From positions 1 through 34,525 of the forward strand of contig CALVZI010000030.1 in the NCBI GenBank assembly GCA_944372485.1: a DNA stretch of 34,525 nt. Reading direction: 5' to 3'. This stretch comes from an uncultured Bacilli bacterium. Lineage in GTDB: Bacteria > Bacillota_I > Bacilli_A > RF39 > UBA660. The translations under genes and the position numbers were made by a program. Of this stretch, positions 1-9,625 are shown one piece after another. The notes below the pieces were generated by a model. It was not told the origin of the DNA. It saw only the letters and a program-made list of their open reading frames with translations, and made no database searches. The first letter of the stretch is position 1. Each line of letters opens with the position of its first letter.

Positions 1-1
1 A

Positions 2-658
2 ACGGATCCATATATGTTCGAAGATAAGAGTAGTAGTGTAACAGGAACATTAAAAGATAATAGCGAAATAGGAGAATATGTAACATATGCTGGAAGAAAT
101 TATCGAGTAGTAGAAACTAGTGAATCAGGTACAAAATTAATACTTGATGGATATTATGATAGAAATAATGATGGAACAATAGAAGAATCAGATAAAATGG
201 TATATGGAACAAATTGTACATTGTGTACAACAATAAATGAAGATAATTTTATAAATTGGTTAAGTAATAATAATGAAACTGAAAAACAAAAACTTGCAAG
301 TACAACCTGGTATCGAGGAGATAATTGGACAGGTGGTAATTATAAAACAAATTTAGAAAGTATGAGTAATCCATACGAAGGAAGTGTAGGTTTAATAAGA
401 GTAGGAGAAATGTTATCAGGACAAAGTGAAACAATACTTTCAAAAAATCATACTGTTGCAAATGATTATAATAATGCACAAGATTATTGGACTGCAACAT
501 CATATAGTGCTTCTCAAGCTTGGAACGTGGGCTATGACGGTATTGCGAACGGCAATTCTCATTCCATTGCGGGTGGTGTGCGTCCAGTTATAAACATCTC
601 ATCTGAAATAACTATTACCGGAGGTAATGGTACTCCAAATAGTCCATATGAGATATAA
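2..658 (+). CDS. 3' part (5'-truncated by the window edge) of a DUF6273/C-type-lectin-like surface protein; putative DGR target, paralog of 15182-16987
   Basis: Frame is open from position 2 (acg gat cca tat atg). 1-658 aligns without gaps to 16330-16987 (offset 16329; first 60 nt identical), so ATG14 is an internal Met. C-terminus YWTAT..AWxV..GVRPVI is typical of CLec-fold DGR targets. Confidence 0.85.
   Translation, partial: TDPYMFEDKSSSVTGTLKDNSEIGEYVTYAGRNYRVVETSESGTKLILDGYYDRNNDGTIEESDKMVYGTNCTLCTTINEDNFINWLSNNNETEKQKLASTTWYRGDNWTGGNYKTNLESMSNPYEGSVGLIRVGEMLSGQSETILSKNHTVANDYNNAQDYWTATSYSASQAWNVGYDGIANGNSHSIAGGVRPVINISSEITITGGNGTPNSPYEI
512..586 (+). repeat. Variable-region-like cassette VR-A
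   Basis: GC-rich island (GCG/GTG/GGC codons) at the gene 3' end, homologous to 16205-16279 and 16841-16915. Divergence from the paralog is concentrated here. Confidence 0.75.
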
Positions 659-670
659 AGGATTATACTA

Positions 671-697
671 AAAAAGATTCTATTTAAGAATCTTTTT
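671..697. terminator. Bidirectional intrinsic terminator between convergent genes
   Basis: Perfect 11-bp inverted repeat AAAAAGATTCT-attta-AGAATCTTTTT overlapping the rnhC stop. Confidence 0.65.
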
Positions 698-1643
698 CTA
701 TTTGTAATTTAATTTTTTCAGTATTTTTAAAATTTAATTTTGCTATATCTTTTAATTTTTCAAAACCATATTTTTTAACTATTTTAACACCAGCTTCATC
801 TACACTTGTTCCAGCACCTTTAGGTAAAAACATATCAAGTGTTTCTCCTAATTTAGAAAACTCTTTAATAAAAATATATCTACTAATTAAAGATGCACAA
901 GCAACGGCTAATGATTTATCTTCACCCTTAGTCATAAAAGTAATATTTCTTACAACATTATTACTTTCTCTTAAATAATTATAGTAAATAAAACTTTTGG
1001 CAAATTCATCAACTATTATATAATCTACTTGATCATTTGTTTTATCTTTTAATTTTCCTAAAACTCTATTATGTAATATAGCTTTTATTTTATTCATATT
1101 GATATTTTCACTATACTTTGCATTATATTCTTTATTTGTTAGAATAATACTTTCATATGGTATTTTTTTTATTATTTCTGGTACTACTTTCAATATTTTT
1201 TCATCAGTCATTTTTTTAGAATCTTTTACGCCTAATTCTTCTAAAAATTTAATATTCTCTTTGTTTACATATGAAGCAGTTACAACAATTGGACCAAAAT
1301 AATCACCAGTACCAACTTCATCACTACCGATTGCGGAAGAATTATATATTTTAGGATCAATATAAATTTCTTTTTTATCTTTTTTCTTTTTATCATTAGA
1401 GTTTTTTTCTTCAACTTTTTTTCCTGGATTTAATTTTTGTTCCATTTGTTTCCATAAAGATGCATCAATATCAGCACTAATTCCTTGAAAAACAACTTTA
1501 CCAGATTCATATAAAGTTACAACAGTATCAGCTTCATCTGCTTGAAATACTGCATATGGTGGTGTTTTAGGTCTTTTTTTATCTTTAAAATATTCTATCA
1601 TTTTTTCTTGTGTATTTTTACTTAATTTTAATGTAATAGTCAT
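684..1643 (-). CDS. rnhC: Ribonuclease HIII
   Basis: N-terminal TBP-like domain (VTLYESGKVVFQG) plus RNase H2/H3 motifs IGSDEVGTGDYFGP, GVKDSK, VDEF, AVACASLISR, AKLNFKNT. Confidence 0.95.
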   Translation of the reverse strand: MTITLKLSKNTQEKMIEYFKDKKRPKTPPYAVFQADEADTVVTLYESGKVVFQGISADIDASLWKQMEQKLNPGKKVEEKNSNDKKKKDKKEIYIDPKIYNSSAIGSDEVGTGDYFGPIVVTASYVNKENIKFLEELGVKDSKKMTDEKILKVVPEIIKKIPYESIILTNKEYNAKYSENINMNKIKAILHNRVLGKLKDKTNDQVDYIIVDEFAKSFIYYNYLRESNNVVRNITFMTKGEDKSLAVACASLISRYIFIKEFSKLGETLDMFLPKGAGTSVDEAGVKIVKKYGFEKLKDIAKLNFKNTEKIKLQIEKDS

Positions 1644-1743
1644 AAAATCACTTCCTAATAATATTTTACCATAAAAATATAAATAATTTTATTTTACTTT
1701 ATTTTTTCACAAAAATATAATATAATTATAATGGAGGTTGGTT

Positions 1744-2460
1744 ATGAACGTAGTTGATTTAATGATTGTACTAGTTATATTAATAGGTGCAATTATAGGT
1801 TTTAAACATGGATTTACAAGACAATTAGTGTCTTTCTTAGGAATATTAGTTATTACAGTAATTTCATTTGTATTTAAAAATTATATTTCTGAAATATTGT
1901 ATGAAAATTTACCATTCTTTAGTTTTGGGGGGATTTTTAAAGGCGTAACTGTACTAAATATATTAGTTTATGAAGTTATTGCTTTTCTAATCATTTTTAG
2001 TTTATTATCAATTATTTTTAGAATAGTTTTATTAATAACTAAAGTATTTGAGAAAATTTTAACATTTACAATAATTCTTGGAATACCATCTAAAATATTA
2101 GGTGCAGTAGTAGGTGCAGTACAATATTATATTATTTTATTTATAGTATTATATATTTGTTCACTACCATTCTTTACAAATAATATTTTTAAAGAAAGTG
2201 GGTATGCTAATAACATATTGAAACATACACCAATATTATCAAGTAATATTTCTAAAACAATGTCTGTGTTTGAAGACTTTGAAGAATTAAAAGAAAAATA
2301 CGAAGTAGTTGATGATGCTAATGAATTTAATTTAGAAACACTAGATTTATTCTTAAAATATAAAGTTATTACAGTAGAATCTACTGAAACATTAATAGAA
2401 CAAAAGAAATTAGATATAAAAAATATTGATAGTGTTTTAGATAAGTATAGGGAGGAATAA
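1744..2460 (+). CDS. cvpA: CvpA family membrane protein
   Basis: Hydrophobic protein with D..I...GFKHGF start and KILGAVVG motif; divergent from rnhC as in Bacilli. Start moved to ATG1744 after RBS GGAGG (1733-1737). Confidence 0.85.
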   Translation: MNVVDLMIVLVILIGAIIGFKHGFTRQLVSFLGILVITVISFVFKNYISEILYENLPFFSFGGIFKGVTVLNILVYEVIAFLIIFSLLSIIFRIVLLITKVFEKILTFTIILGIPSKILGAVVGAVQYYIILFIVLYICSLPFFTNNIFKESGYANNILKHTPILSSNISKTMSVFEDFEELKEKYEVVDDANEFNLETLDLFLKYKVITVESTETLIEQKKLDIKNIDSVLDKYREE

Positions 2461-2462
2461 TA

Positions 2463-2753
2463 ATGGATAAATTTAATAATGAAATTAAAGAAGGAATTGT
2501 ATTAGTTGATTTTTATGCAACTTGGTGTGGACCATGTAAAATGCAATCACCAATTATTGATAGTTTAAAAGAAGAGAGAAGTGACATCAAAATTATGAAA
2601 GTTGATGTTGATAAAGAAGAAGATGTTGCAAGAACTTATGGTATTATGAGTATTCCAACATTAATGTTATTTAAAGATGGAAAAGAAGTTGCAAAAAATG
2701 TTGGTTTTATGCCAAAAGAAGTTTTAACTGATTGGATTAATGAAAATAGATAA
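2463..2753 (+). CDS. trxA: Thioredoxin
   Basis: VDFYATWCGPCK active site, SIPTL cis-Pro motif, 96 aa. Confidence 0.97.
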   Translation: MDKFNNEIKEGIVLVDFYATWCGPCKMQSPIIDSLKEERSDIKIMKVDVDKEEDVARTYGIMSIPTLMLFKDGKEVAKNVGFMPKEVLTDWINENR

Positions 2754-2762
2754 TTGTAACAA

Positions 2763-2794
2763 AAAAGTCATAACAAATTGAAGTTATGGCTTTT
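2763..2794. terminator. Bidirectional intrinsic terminator
   Basis: AAAAGTCATAAC-loop-GTTATGGCTTTT stem (one G-U pair) flanked by A and T runs, between convergent genes. Confidence 0.65.
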
Positions 2795-3518
2795 ATTTTT
2801 TTATTTTTTGTAATCTAAATTTAATTTTATTTATTAAACTATTATCATACGCTTGGAATTCTTCATAAATTCTTTTAAAGACAATTGGTAGGTCTTCATA
2901 TTCCATAGTCAATGCACTGTAAAATTTATTAGGGATTTTATTTAGTTCAACTTCTTTTAGTTTATTATCAACTTGTTTTATTAAAAATTGTTCATTTAAA
3001 TTAAATTTTAATACATAAGTTTCTTGATTAGGTAAATCTTGAACCTCAATCATATAATAAGAATTATTAAAAAATAAATCAATACTTTCATTTGTAAAAG
3101 TTTTATCGATAACTTTTTTTAAATTATGATCTTCTTCAATTTGTTCTAAAAGATAATTATCTTCACTAGCAACAGTTTCAAAATAAGTATTACTTGTAAC
3201 ACCGTTTTTTGTTGGAATTGGGTCATTACTTTTATAATAAGTTACCTGGTTACCATTCGCATCTGTGATGTTTAAAGCTAAATCATAATTGTTTTCTGCT
3301 TCTTTAATTTCAACAGGATTTTCTTCATCAAAATCTAAATATGATTTATTCATTTGTTCTTGAATTGGTTCTAATTTTTTTTGAATAACGGCTTCTTCAA
3401 CAGTATCTATATTATCGTTATTTTTTACATCATCTTTATAAGTTATGTTAATTCTATCTTTATAGTAATTTAATAATTTAATAAATTCATCTAATGTTAT
3501 TTGATTTTTTTCTTTCAT
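2793..3518 (-). CDS. Hypothetical protein
   Basis: 241-aa ORF with a GGGGG RBS-like run upstream on the minus strand (3526-3530); no recognised motif. Confidence 0.75.
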   Translation of the reverse strand: MKEKNQITLDEFIKLLNYYKDRINITYKDDVKNNDNIDTVEEAVIQKKLEPIQEQMNKSYLDFDEENPVEIKEAENNYDLALNITDANGNQVTYYKSNDPIPTKNGVTSNTYFETVASEDNYLLEQIEEDHNLKKVIDKTFTNESIDLFFNNSYYMIEVQDLPNQETYVLKFNLNEQFLIKQVDNKLKEVELNKIPNKFYSALTMEYEDLPIVFKRIYEEFQAYDNSLINKIKFRLQKIKK

Positions 3519-3639
3519 ATTTTTGCCCCCTTAAATGAGTATATGACTTTTCAATAGAAAAGTAAAGTAATATACCCAAATTTTCATCTTTTTTTCACAA
3601 ATAAATCTAAAATATTGTATAATGTAGTTGGTGATTAAT

Positions 3640-4353
3640 GTGCAGAGATATTTTGCTTATAAAAAAGAATTTGATAATTTTGTTTTAGAAGAATATGATA
3701 CTCATCATATAACTAAAGTAATGCGACTTAACATTGGTGATTTAATTGAAGTTGTTTATGACTCTGTTTGTTATGAATGTGAGATTGTTGGTGTTTCTAA
3801 AAATATAATGGTTAAAAAAATTAAAGAAATACAAAAACAAGAAAAAGAATTTGGAGAAATAACTTTGGTTATACCTGTTTTAAAAGAATTTAAAATGGAT
3901 CTAATATTACAAAAAGCAACCGAACTTGGAATTGATAATATTATTCCGATTCGAACTGAAAGATCAGTTGTTAAAATTGATAGTAAAAAAGAAGAAAAAA
4001 AGTTAGAAAGATGGAAGAGTATCGTTAAAGAAGCAAGTGAACAATCTAAACGTTTAACGATACCTAATATTTCTAATATTAAAGATATAAAAGATTTAAA
4101 AAATATTGATGGTGATAAAATAATTTGTTCTACTAGAGAACCTAAAAATAATCTAAAAATATTTTTGCAAAAGCATAATAAGTATGATAAAATGTTATTA
4201 GTAGTAGGTCCTGAAGGTGGCTTTACTTTAAAAGAAGAAAATGCTTTTATAGACAATGGTTTTATACCTGTTACTTTAGGTAAAAATATTATGCGGGTTG
4301 AAACGGTGCCACTTTTCTGTTTGAGTGCTATTATGTATGAATTTATGGAGTGA
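3640..4353 (+). CDS. rsmE: 16S rRNA m3U1498 methyltransferase
   Basis: MQRYF start (GTG3640), HHITKVMRL, QKATELG, EASEQS, VGPEGGF, LGKNIMRVET SPOUT motifs. Confidence 0.96.
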   Translation: MQRYFAYKKEFDNFVLEEYDTHHITKVMRLNIGDLIEVVYDSVCYECEIVGVSKNIMVKKIKEIQKQEKEFGEITLVIPVLKEFKMDLILQKATELGIDNIIPIRTERSVVKIDSKKEEKKLERWKSIVKEASEQSKRLTIPNISNIKDIKDLKNIDGDKIICSTREPKNNLKIFLQKHNKYDKMLLVVGPEGGFTLKEENAFIDNGFIPVTLGKNIMRVETVPLFCLSAIMYEFME

Positions 4354-4357
4354 TAAG

Positions 4358-5002
4358 ATGGATAGTAAAATGTTTGTATTAATAATTTTAATTGTTGCTT
4401 TTGTTCTTTTAATTTGTTGTTTTGTTTATTTATCTTACGCTAAAAAACAACAAGAAAAATATGAAGAAAAGTTAATTAAAGAAATAAAGAAAAATAAAGA
4501 AGTTGAAAGTCCTAAAGAAGAATTTAAACCAAAGAAAAATCAAGTCGATTTAGAAGCAATGTTGGAAAAAATGCAACAAGATTTAGAAGGGCAAAATAAA
4601 GACAAGGTTGCCAACTTTGAACAAGAACAAGAAGATACTTCAATTATTAGTTATAAAGAATTAAAAAAAGCTGTAGAAGAGTTTGATGAAAGTGAAGAAT
4701 TAGCTCAAGAAGAAAGTCCAATTTCGGTACAAGATGTTCTTGCTATGCGTAAAGAAGAGATAGAAAAACAAGAAGATCCAATTCTTTCAATGTTAGATAA
4801 AAAGAGCAATTCTAAAGAAGCTAAGAAATTTCACAATACTGATTTTATCTCACCAATCTATGGAAAACAAGAAACTAAAACAGAATATCCTAAAGTTCCT
4901 GTTTATGAAGAACAAGAAGAGATTTTAAGTGTATTAAATGATGATACTCTAGAAAATGAAAAGTTTTTAAATGAGTTAAAAGATTTTCGTAAGCAATTAT
5001 AG
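4358..5002 (+). CDS. Hypothetical protein with N-terminal membrane anchor and charged coiled-coil-like tail
   Basis: One TM segment followed by an E/K-rich region containing FISPIYG; start set to ATG4358 after a GGAGTGA RBS. Confidence 0.75.
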   Translation: MDSKMFVLIILIVAFVLLICCFVYLSYAKKQQEKYEEKLIKEIKKNKEVESPKEEFKPKKNQVDLEAMLEKMQQDLEGQNKDKVANFEQEQEDTSIISYKELKKAVEEFDESEELAQEESPISVQDVLAMRKEEIEKQEDPILSMLDKKSNSKEAKKFHNTDFISPIYGKQETKTEYPKVPVYEEQEEILSVLNDDTLENEKFLNELKDFRKQL

Positions 5003-5016
5003 AAGGTTGTGATAAC

Positions 5017-6306
5017 ATGAGTTTTAAAATATTAACACTAGGTTGTAAAGTAAATACTTATGAATCTAATGTTATGCGTGAATTACTTTTAAAAGAAGGA
5101 TATAAAGAAGTAGGACATAAAGAACCTGCTGATATTGTAATAATTAATACTTGTTCAGTTACTAATGTTGCTGATCAAAAATCACGAAAAATGATACGTA
5201 AAAGTGCAAAAGAAAATCCTAAAGTTTTATGTGTTGTTGGATGTATGAGTCAACACGAATATGAAACACTAGAAGAACTAGATTGTATTGATATATTACT
5301 TGGTAATAGTGGTAAGAGTAATATAGTTTTATATATTAAAGAGCTTTTAAAAACAAATAAGAAAATAGTTGATATAAAAAATTTAAATGAAACACCTTTT
5401 GAAGATATGAATTTAGTTAATTTTAATCAAACAAGAGCTTTTGTAAAAATTGAAGATGGTTGTGAAAACTTTTGTACTTATTGTATTATTCCATATACTA
5501 GAGGACCTGTTAAAAGTAGACGTAGAGAAAATATTTTAGAAGAAGTTTGTGAACTAGTTAGGCATGGTCACAAAGAAGTTGTTTTAACAGGGATTCATAC
5601 TGGACATTATGGAAGTGATTTAAAAGATTTAACTTTAACTTCACTTCTTGAAGATTTAATAAAAATACCAGGATTAGAACGTATTCGTATTTCTTCAATT
5701 GAGATGAATGAAATAACTAGTGATATGTTAAAGTTAATGCATGATAATAAAGTTTTAGTAAGACATATGCATATTCCTTTACAAAGTGGAAGTGAAGATA
5801 TTTTAAAAGCTATGCATCGTAAATATACTAAACAAGAATTTATTGATAAAATTAGTGAAATTAGAAGTTATATGCCTGATATTTCAATTACAACTGATGT
5901 TATAGTTGGTTTTCCAGGTGAAACTGAAGAATTATTTAATGAAACAATTGAAATAGTTAAAAAAATTGGTTTTGCTAAAATTCATGTTTTTCCATATTCT
6001 AAACGTAATGGAACTGTTGCAGCTACTTTAGAAAATCAAGTTCCAGAAAATATAAAAAAGGAACGTGTTCACAAATTACTTAGTGTTTCTAAAGATTTAG
6101 AAAATAATTATATGAATAAGTTTATTGGAAAAGTTATTACTTTTTTACCAGAAATAGAAAAAGATGGATATATTATTGGTCATACTGGTAATTATTTATT
6201 AGTAAAAGTACCAGGAACTAAAGATGATTTAAATAAAATTATTAAAGTTGTTTTAACTAATAATGAATATCCATATATGAAAGGAGAAATGTATGCCGAA
6301 ATTTAG
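5017..6306 (+). CDS. mtaB: tRNA t6A37 methylthiotransferase (radical SAM)
   Basis: TLGCKVNTYES, INTCSVT, CENFCTYC, IVGFPGET, HVFPYSKR; lies downstream of rsmE. Confidence 0.95.
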   Translation: MSFKILTLGCKVNTYESNVMRELLLKEGYKEVGHKEPADIVIINTCSVTNVADQKSRKMIRKSAKENPKVLCVVGCMSQHEYETLEELDCIDILLGNSGKSNIVLYIKELLKTNKKIVDIKNLNETPFEDMNLVNFNQTRAFVKIEDGCENFCTYCIIPYTRGPVKSRRRENILEEVCELVRHGHKEVVLTGIHTGHYGSDLKDLTLTSLLEDLIKIPGLERIRISSIEMNEITSDMLKLMHDNKVLVRHMHIPLQSGSEDILKAMHRKYTKQEFIDKISEIRSYMPDISITTDVIVGFPGETEELFNETIEIVKKIGFAKIHVFPYSKRNGTVAATLENQVPENIKKERVHKLLSVSKDLENNYMNKFIGKVITFLPEIEKDGYIIGHTGNYLLVKVPGTKDDLNKIIKVVLTNNEYPYMKGEMYAEI

Positions 6307-7258
6307 TATTATAGTACCTGTTTATAATGTTGAAGATTATATTGAAAAATGTTTAGATTCAATTTGTAATCAAACATTTGAAGATTTCGAAGTAATTGTT
6401 GTAAATGATGGAACTAAAGATAATTCAGGTTATTTTATTGATGAATTTGCTAAAAAGGATAAAAGAATACGTTCATTTAAAAAACGTAATGGGGGATTAT
6501 CAAGTGCTCGTAATTTTGGTGTAAAAAAAGCTCGTGGAGCTTATATACTTTTTGTTGATAGTGATGATTGTATTGAAAAAGATTTATTAAAAAAACTTAA
6601 TGCAGTAATTGAAAAGAATAAAGATTTAGATTTAATTCGTTTTCAAATAAATGAAGTTAATGAATATACGAATAAATCTCAAAAGTTAGATAGTACCGTT
6701 TTTGATGTTTGTAGTGGGGAAGTTGGTTTTGTTAAATTAACAACTAATTCTTTATTAGAACCAGCTTGGGCTTATGCTTATAAAAGTGATTTCTTTAAAA
6801 AATATAATTTTATGTATGCTAGTGGTAAGTTACACGAAGATTTTGGTTTAACACCATATATAATTGTTAAAGCAAAAAAAATGTGTTCTATAGATTATTA
6901 TGGTTATAATTATTTAATTCGTGAAAATAGTATTATGACTAGTGCTAGTGAAGATAAATTAATTGCTCGTGCTAATGATACTTTATATCACTTTGATAAT
7001 TTATTAAAATGGATTGATGAAGATAAAAGTGTTAGTGAGGACACAAAAAAAGTATTTCGTAGTTTTATTGCTAATGTATTAATTTCTAAATCAATAATTG
7101 TTCCAAAAGCTTATTTAAAATTTTATATTAAAGAATTAAAGAAAAGAAATATTAGTAAATATTTACTTTCTAATAATATTCCAAGATTAGTAAAAAAATT
7201 AGTTATTAAATTTGATTTAGATTTATATATAAATAAAGTTTCTAGAAAAATTAGTTAG
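6293..7258 (+). CDS. Glycosyltransferase family 2
   Basis: SIIVPVYNVE, VNDGTKD, NGGLSSARN, FVDSDD, HED motifs. Confidence 0.93.
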   Translation: MPKFSIIVPVYNVEDYIEKCLDSICNQTFEDFEVIVVNDGTKDNSGYFIDEFAKKDKRIRSFKKRNGGLSSARNFGVKKARGAYILFVDSDDCIEKDLLKKLNAVIEKNKDLDLIRFQINEVNEYTNKSQKLDSTVFDVCSGEVGFVKLTTNSLLEPAWAYAYKSDFFKKYNFMYASGKLHEDFGLTPYIIVKAKKMCSIDYYGYNYLIRENSIMTSASEDKLIARANDTLYHFDNLLKWIDEDKSVSEDTKKVFRSFIANVLISKSIIVPKAYLKFYIKELKKRNISKYLLSNNIPRLVKKLVIKFDLDLYINKVSRKIS

Positions 7259-7268
7259 GAGAATTATT

Positions 7269-8231
7269 ATGCCTAAAATTAGTGTTATTGTACCAGTTTA
7301 TAATGTTGAAGCTTATTTAGAAAAAAGTTTAAATAGTTTAAAAAATCAAACATTTAAAGATTTAGAATTTATTATTGTGGATGATGGAAGTACTGATGGT
7401 AGTGCTAAAATTATTAAAGAATTTGTTAAAAGTGATAAACGTTTTAGTTACCATAAAAAGAAAAATGGTGGTTTAAGTGATGCCAGAAATTATGGTATGA
7501 AGTATGCAACTGGTAAGTATCTTGCTTTTTTAGATAGTGATGACTATATTGACTTAGATTTATATGAAAAGATGTATGAAAAAGCAGTAGAAACTAAAGC
7601 TGATGTTGTTGAAGCAGACTTTATTTGGGAATACCCAAATAAACAAGTAAAAGATATTAGTAAAGTAACTGATTTAGGTAGATTACTAGTTGATATTAGA
7701 GTTGTTGCTTGGAACAAATTATATAAAAAATCTTTGATTGATAAAATTGGCGTTAAATTTTCAAAAGGATTACGTTATGAAGATGTTGATTGGTGCTATA
7801 AAATAGTTCCATATATAAAAAAATTTGCTAGTGTTCATGGTACATATATTCACTATATTCAAAGACCAAATTCAATTGCTAATACACAAAATGAAAAAGT
7901 TAGAGATATTTATAAAATATTAGAAAATGCAGTTATATATTATCAAGAAAATAATTTATTAAATAAATATTTTTATGAATTAGAATATTCTTGTTTAAGA
8001 ATTATTTATGGTAGTTCTTTTTTAAGAGTTATGGGAATTAATAATAAAAAACTTAGAAATAGTATTATTAAAGAAGGAACTGATTTTTTAAATAAATATT
8101 TTCCTAATTATCAAAAAAATATTTATTTATTAAGTGATAAAACAAAAAAGAATTATTATTATCGAACTATTAATTCTTTGACACTTCCAATATATATAAA
8201 ACTATTTAGATTATTAAAGAAGGTGAAGTAA
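7269..8231 (+). CDS. Glycosyltransferase family 2
   Basis: SVIVPVYNVE, VDDGSTD, NGGLSDARN, FLDSDD, WNKLY, YED motifs. Confidence 0.93.
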   Translation: MPKISVIVPVYNVEAYLEKSLNSLKNQTFKDLEFIIVDDGSTDGSAKIIKEFVKSDKRFSYHKKKNGGLSDARNYGMKYATGKYLAFLDSDDYIDLDLYEKMYEKAVETKADVVEADFIWEYPNKQVKDISKVTDLGRLLVDIRVVAWNKLYKKSLIDKIGVKFSKGLRYEDVDWCYKIVPYIKKFASVHGTYIHYIQRPNSIANTQNEKVRDIYKILENAVIYYQENNLLNKYFYELEYSCLRIIYGSSFLRVMGINNKKLRNSIIKEGTDFLNKYFPNYQKNIYLLSDKTKKNYYYRTINSLTLPIYIKLFRLLKKVK

Positions 8232-9625
8232 TGAATATAAAGAAATTTAAGATTGAATACTTAATTTATCTTTTCTTATTACTTACACCTTTTTTAGATA
8301 GTTTAAGTTTTATTTTTAGATATTATTATCCAAATAGTATAATTAGTCCAACAACTATTATTAGACCAATTATACCTTGTATTTTATTAATATATATTTT
8401 TATTAAAGATAAAAAATCAAGAAAAGATTTATTTATTCTTGGAATTATTTATTTAATTTATACATTACTTCACTTATTAACATTTAAACATTATTATACA
8501 GAATTTAACGCGGGAAGTGTTTTTAGTGAATTACAATATAATTTAAATTATACTTATATGATAGGTTTATTTTATGTTTTAGTTTGGTTTATTAAACAAA
8601 AAAGATTGCCACATTTAAGAAAATATATAACTTTAATGTTATCTTGTTATTTAGTATTAATATATATTTCAATTATAGCTGGTACTTCAAGTACAACTTA
8701 TTTAGATGGAGTAGGTTTTAAAGGTTGGAATGCTTCTGGTAATGGTTTATCTGCACTATTAGTATTAGGTTTTGGAAGTATTTTTACATATCTATTAAAG
8801 TATATAAAAAAATGGTATATTATTTTATTTATTTTAAGTTTATTTACCTTTTTAATTGTTTTATTTGGAACTAGAACAGCTTTATATGGAAGTGTTTTAA
8901 TAGTGTTTATTTATGGATTATGTTATATATATGATTATGTTTATGTAAAAAAATCAGTTAACTTAAAGAAATTTGGAATTATTCTTACAGCTATAATTAT
9001 TTTAATAGGTTCAGTTTTAGTAGGGGGAAAAAATTCTTTTAAAAGACGAGAAAATATTAAAGAAGTTGGTAGTGAGATGATTGATCCACTTACTAATGAA
9101 GAAACACATTTAACTGGTGATTTAACTAATTTTGTTGTACAAATTAAAAATAATAATTTAGATATAGAGTTAAGTGATGAACAAATTAATGCATTACTTA
9201 AGACTTATGATAAAGCAAATGAAATAGAATTACCAAATAGTAATCGTAGACTTCAACAATTAATATATCAACACTATTTATATCACGAAGAATTTTCTAT
9301 AGAAACATTTTTATTTGGTACTGGTTACTTAAATAATTATCCAGAATTAACTTTAGAAATGGAATTACCAGCTTTCTTATATAACTTTGGAGCTATTGGA
9401 TTAATCTTATATTTAGGACCATTTATATTTATTATAATTAAAGGAATTATTACTTTTATTAAGAAACGTGGAATAGTTAGTATTAATTATTTAATGTATT
9501 TTATATGTATTATTTTAAGTTTATTTTTATCATGTTTAACGGGATATGTATATTTTTATGTATCGTCTATGTTAGTAGTTTTAATGTTATATATTTTATT
9601 TATAGGTGAGGAGGACAAATTATGA
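8231..9625 (+). CDS. O-antigen ligase / Wzy-like polytopic membrane protein
   Basis: About 11-12 TM segments, GFKGW..SGN, GTRT, a large extracytoplasmic loop, FLFGTG and EMEL..LYNFGAIG. Confidence 0.75.
   Translation: MNIKKFKIEYLIYLFLLLTPFLDSLSFIFRYYYPNSIISPTTIIRPIIPCILLIYIFIKDKKSRKDLFILGIIYLIYTLLHLLTFKHYYTEFNAGSVFSELQYNLNYTYMIGLFYVLVWFIKQKRLPHLRKYITLMLSCYLVLIYISIIAGTSSTTYLDGVGFKGWNASGNGLSALLVLGFGSIFTYLLKYIKKWYIILFILSLFTFLIVLFGTRTALYGSVLIVFIYGLCYIYDYVYVKKSVNLKKFGIILTAIIILIGSVLVGGKNSFKRRENIKEVGSEMIDPLTNEETHLTGDLTNFVVQIKNNNLDIELSDEQINALLKTYDKANEIELPNSNRRLQQLIYQHYLYHEEFSIETFLFGTGYLNNYPELTLEMELPAFLYNFGAIGLILYLGPFIFIIIKGIITFIKKRGIVSINYLMYFICIILSLFLSCLTGYVYFYVSSMLVVLMLYILFIGEEDKL

Noticed and set aside
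249-503. Minus-strand ORF, and similar ones at 15852-16196, 16308-16562 and 16617-16832
   Set aside because: Antisense shadows of A-rich real genes, with low-complexity L/Y/F/H translations.
512-586. VR-A as the template repeat for the two B cassettes
   Set aside because: It lies in coding sequence, is not adenine-rich at the variable codons, and differs from the B cassettes at many non-A positions.
1099-1302. Short ORFs opposite rnhC, rsmE (3771-4256), wzt (19450-19635) and the second DUF6020-like gene (30207-30407)
   Set aside because: Fully overlapped by well-supported genes on the other strand; no motifs.
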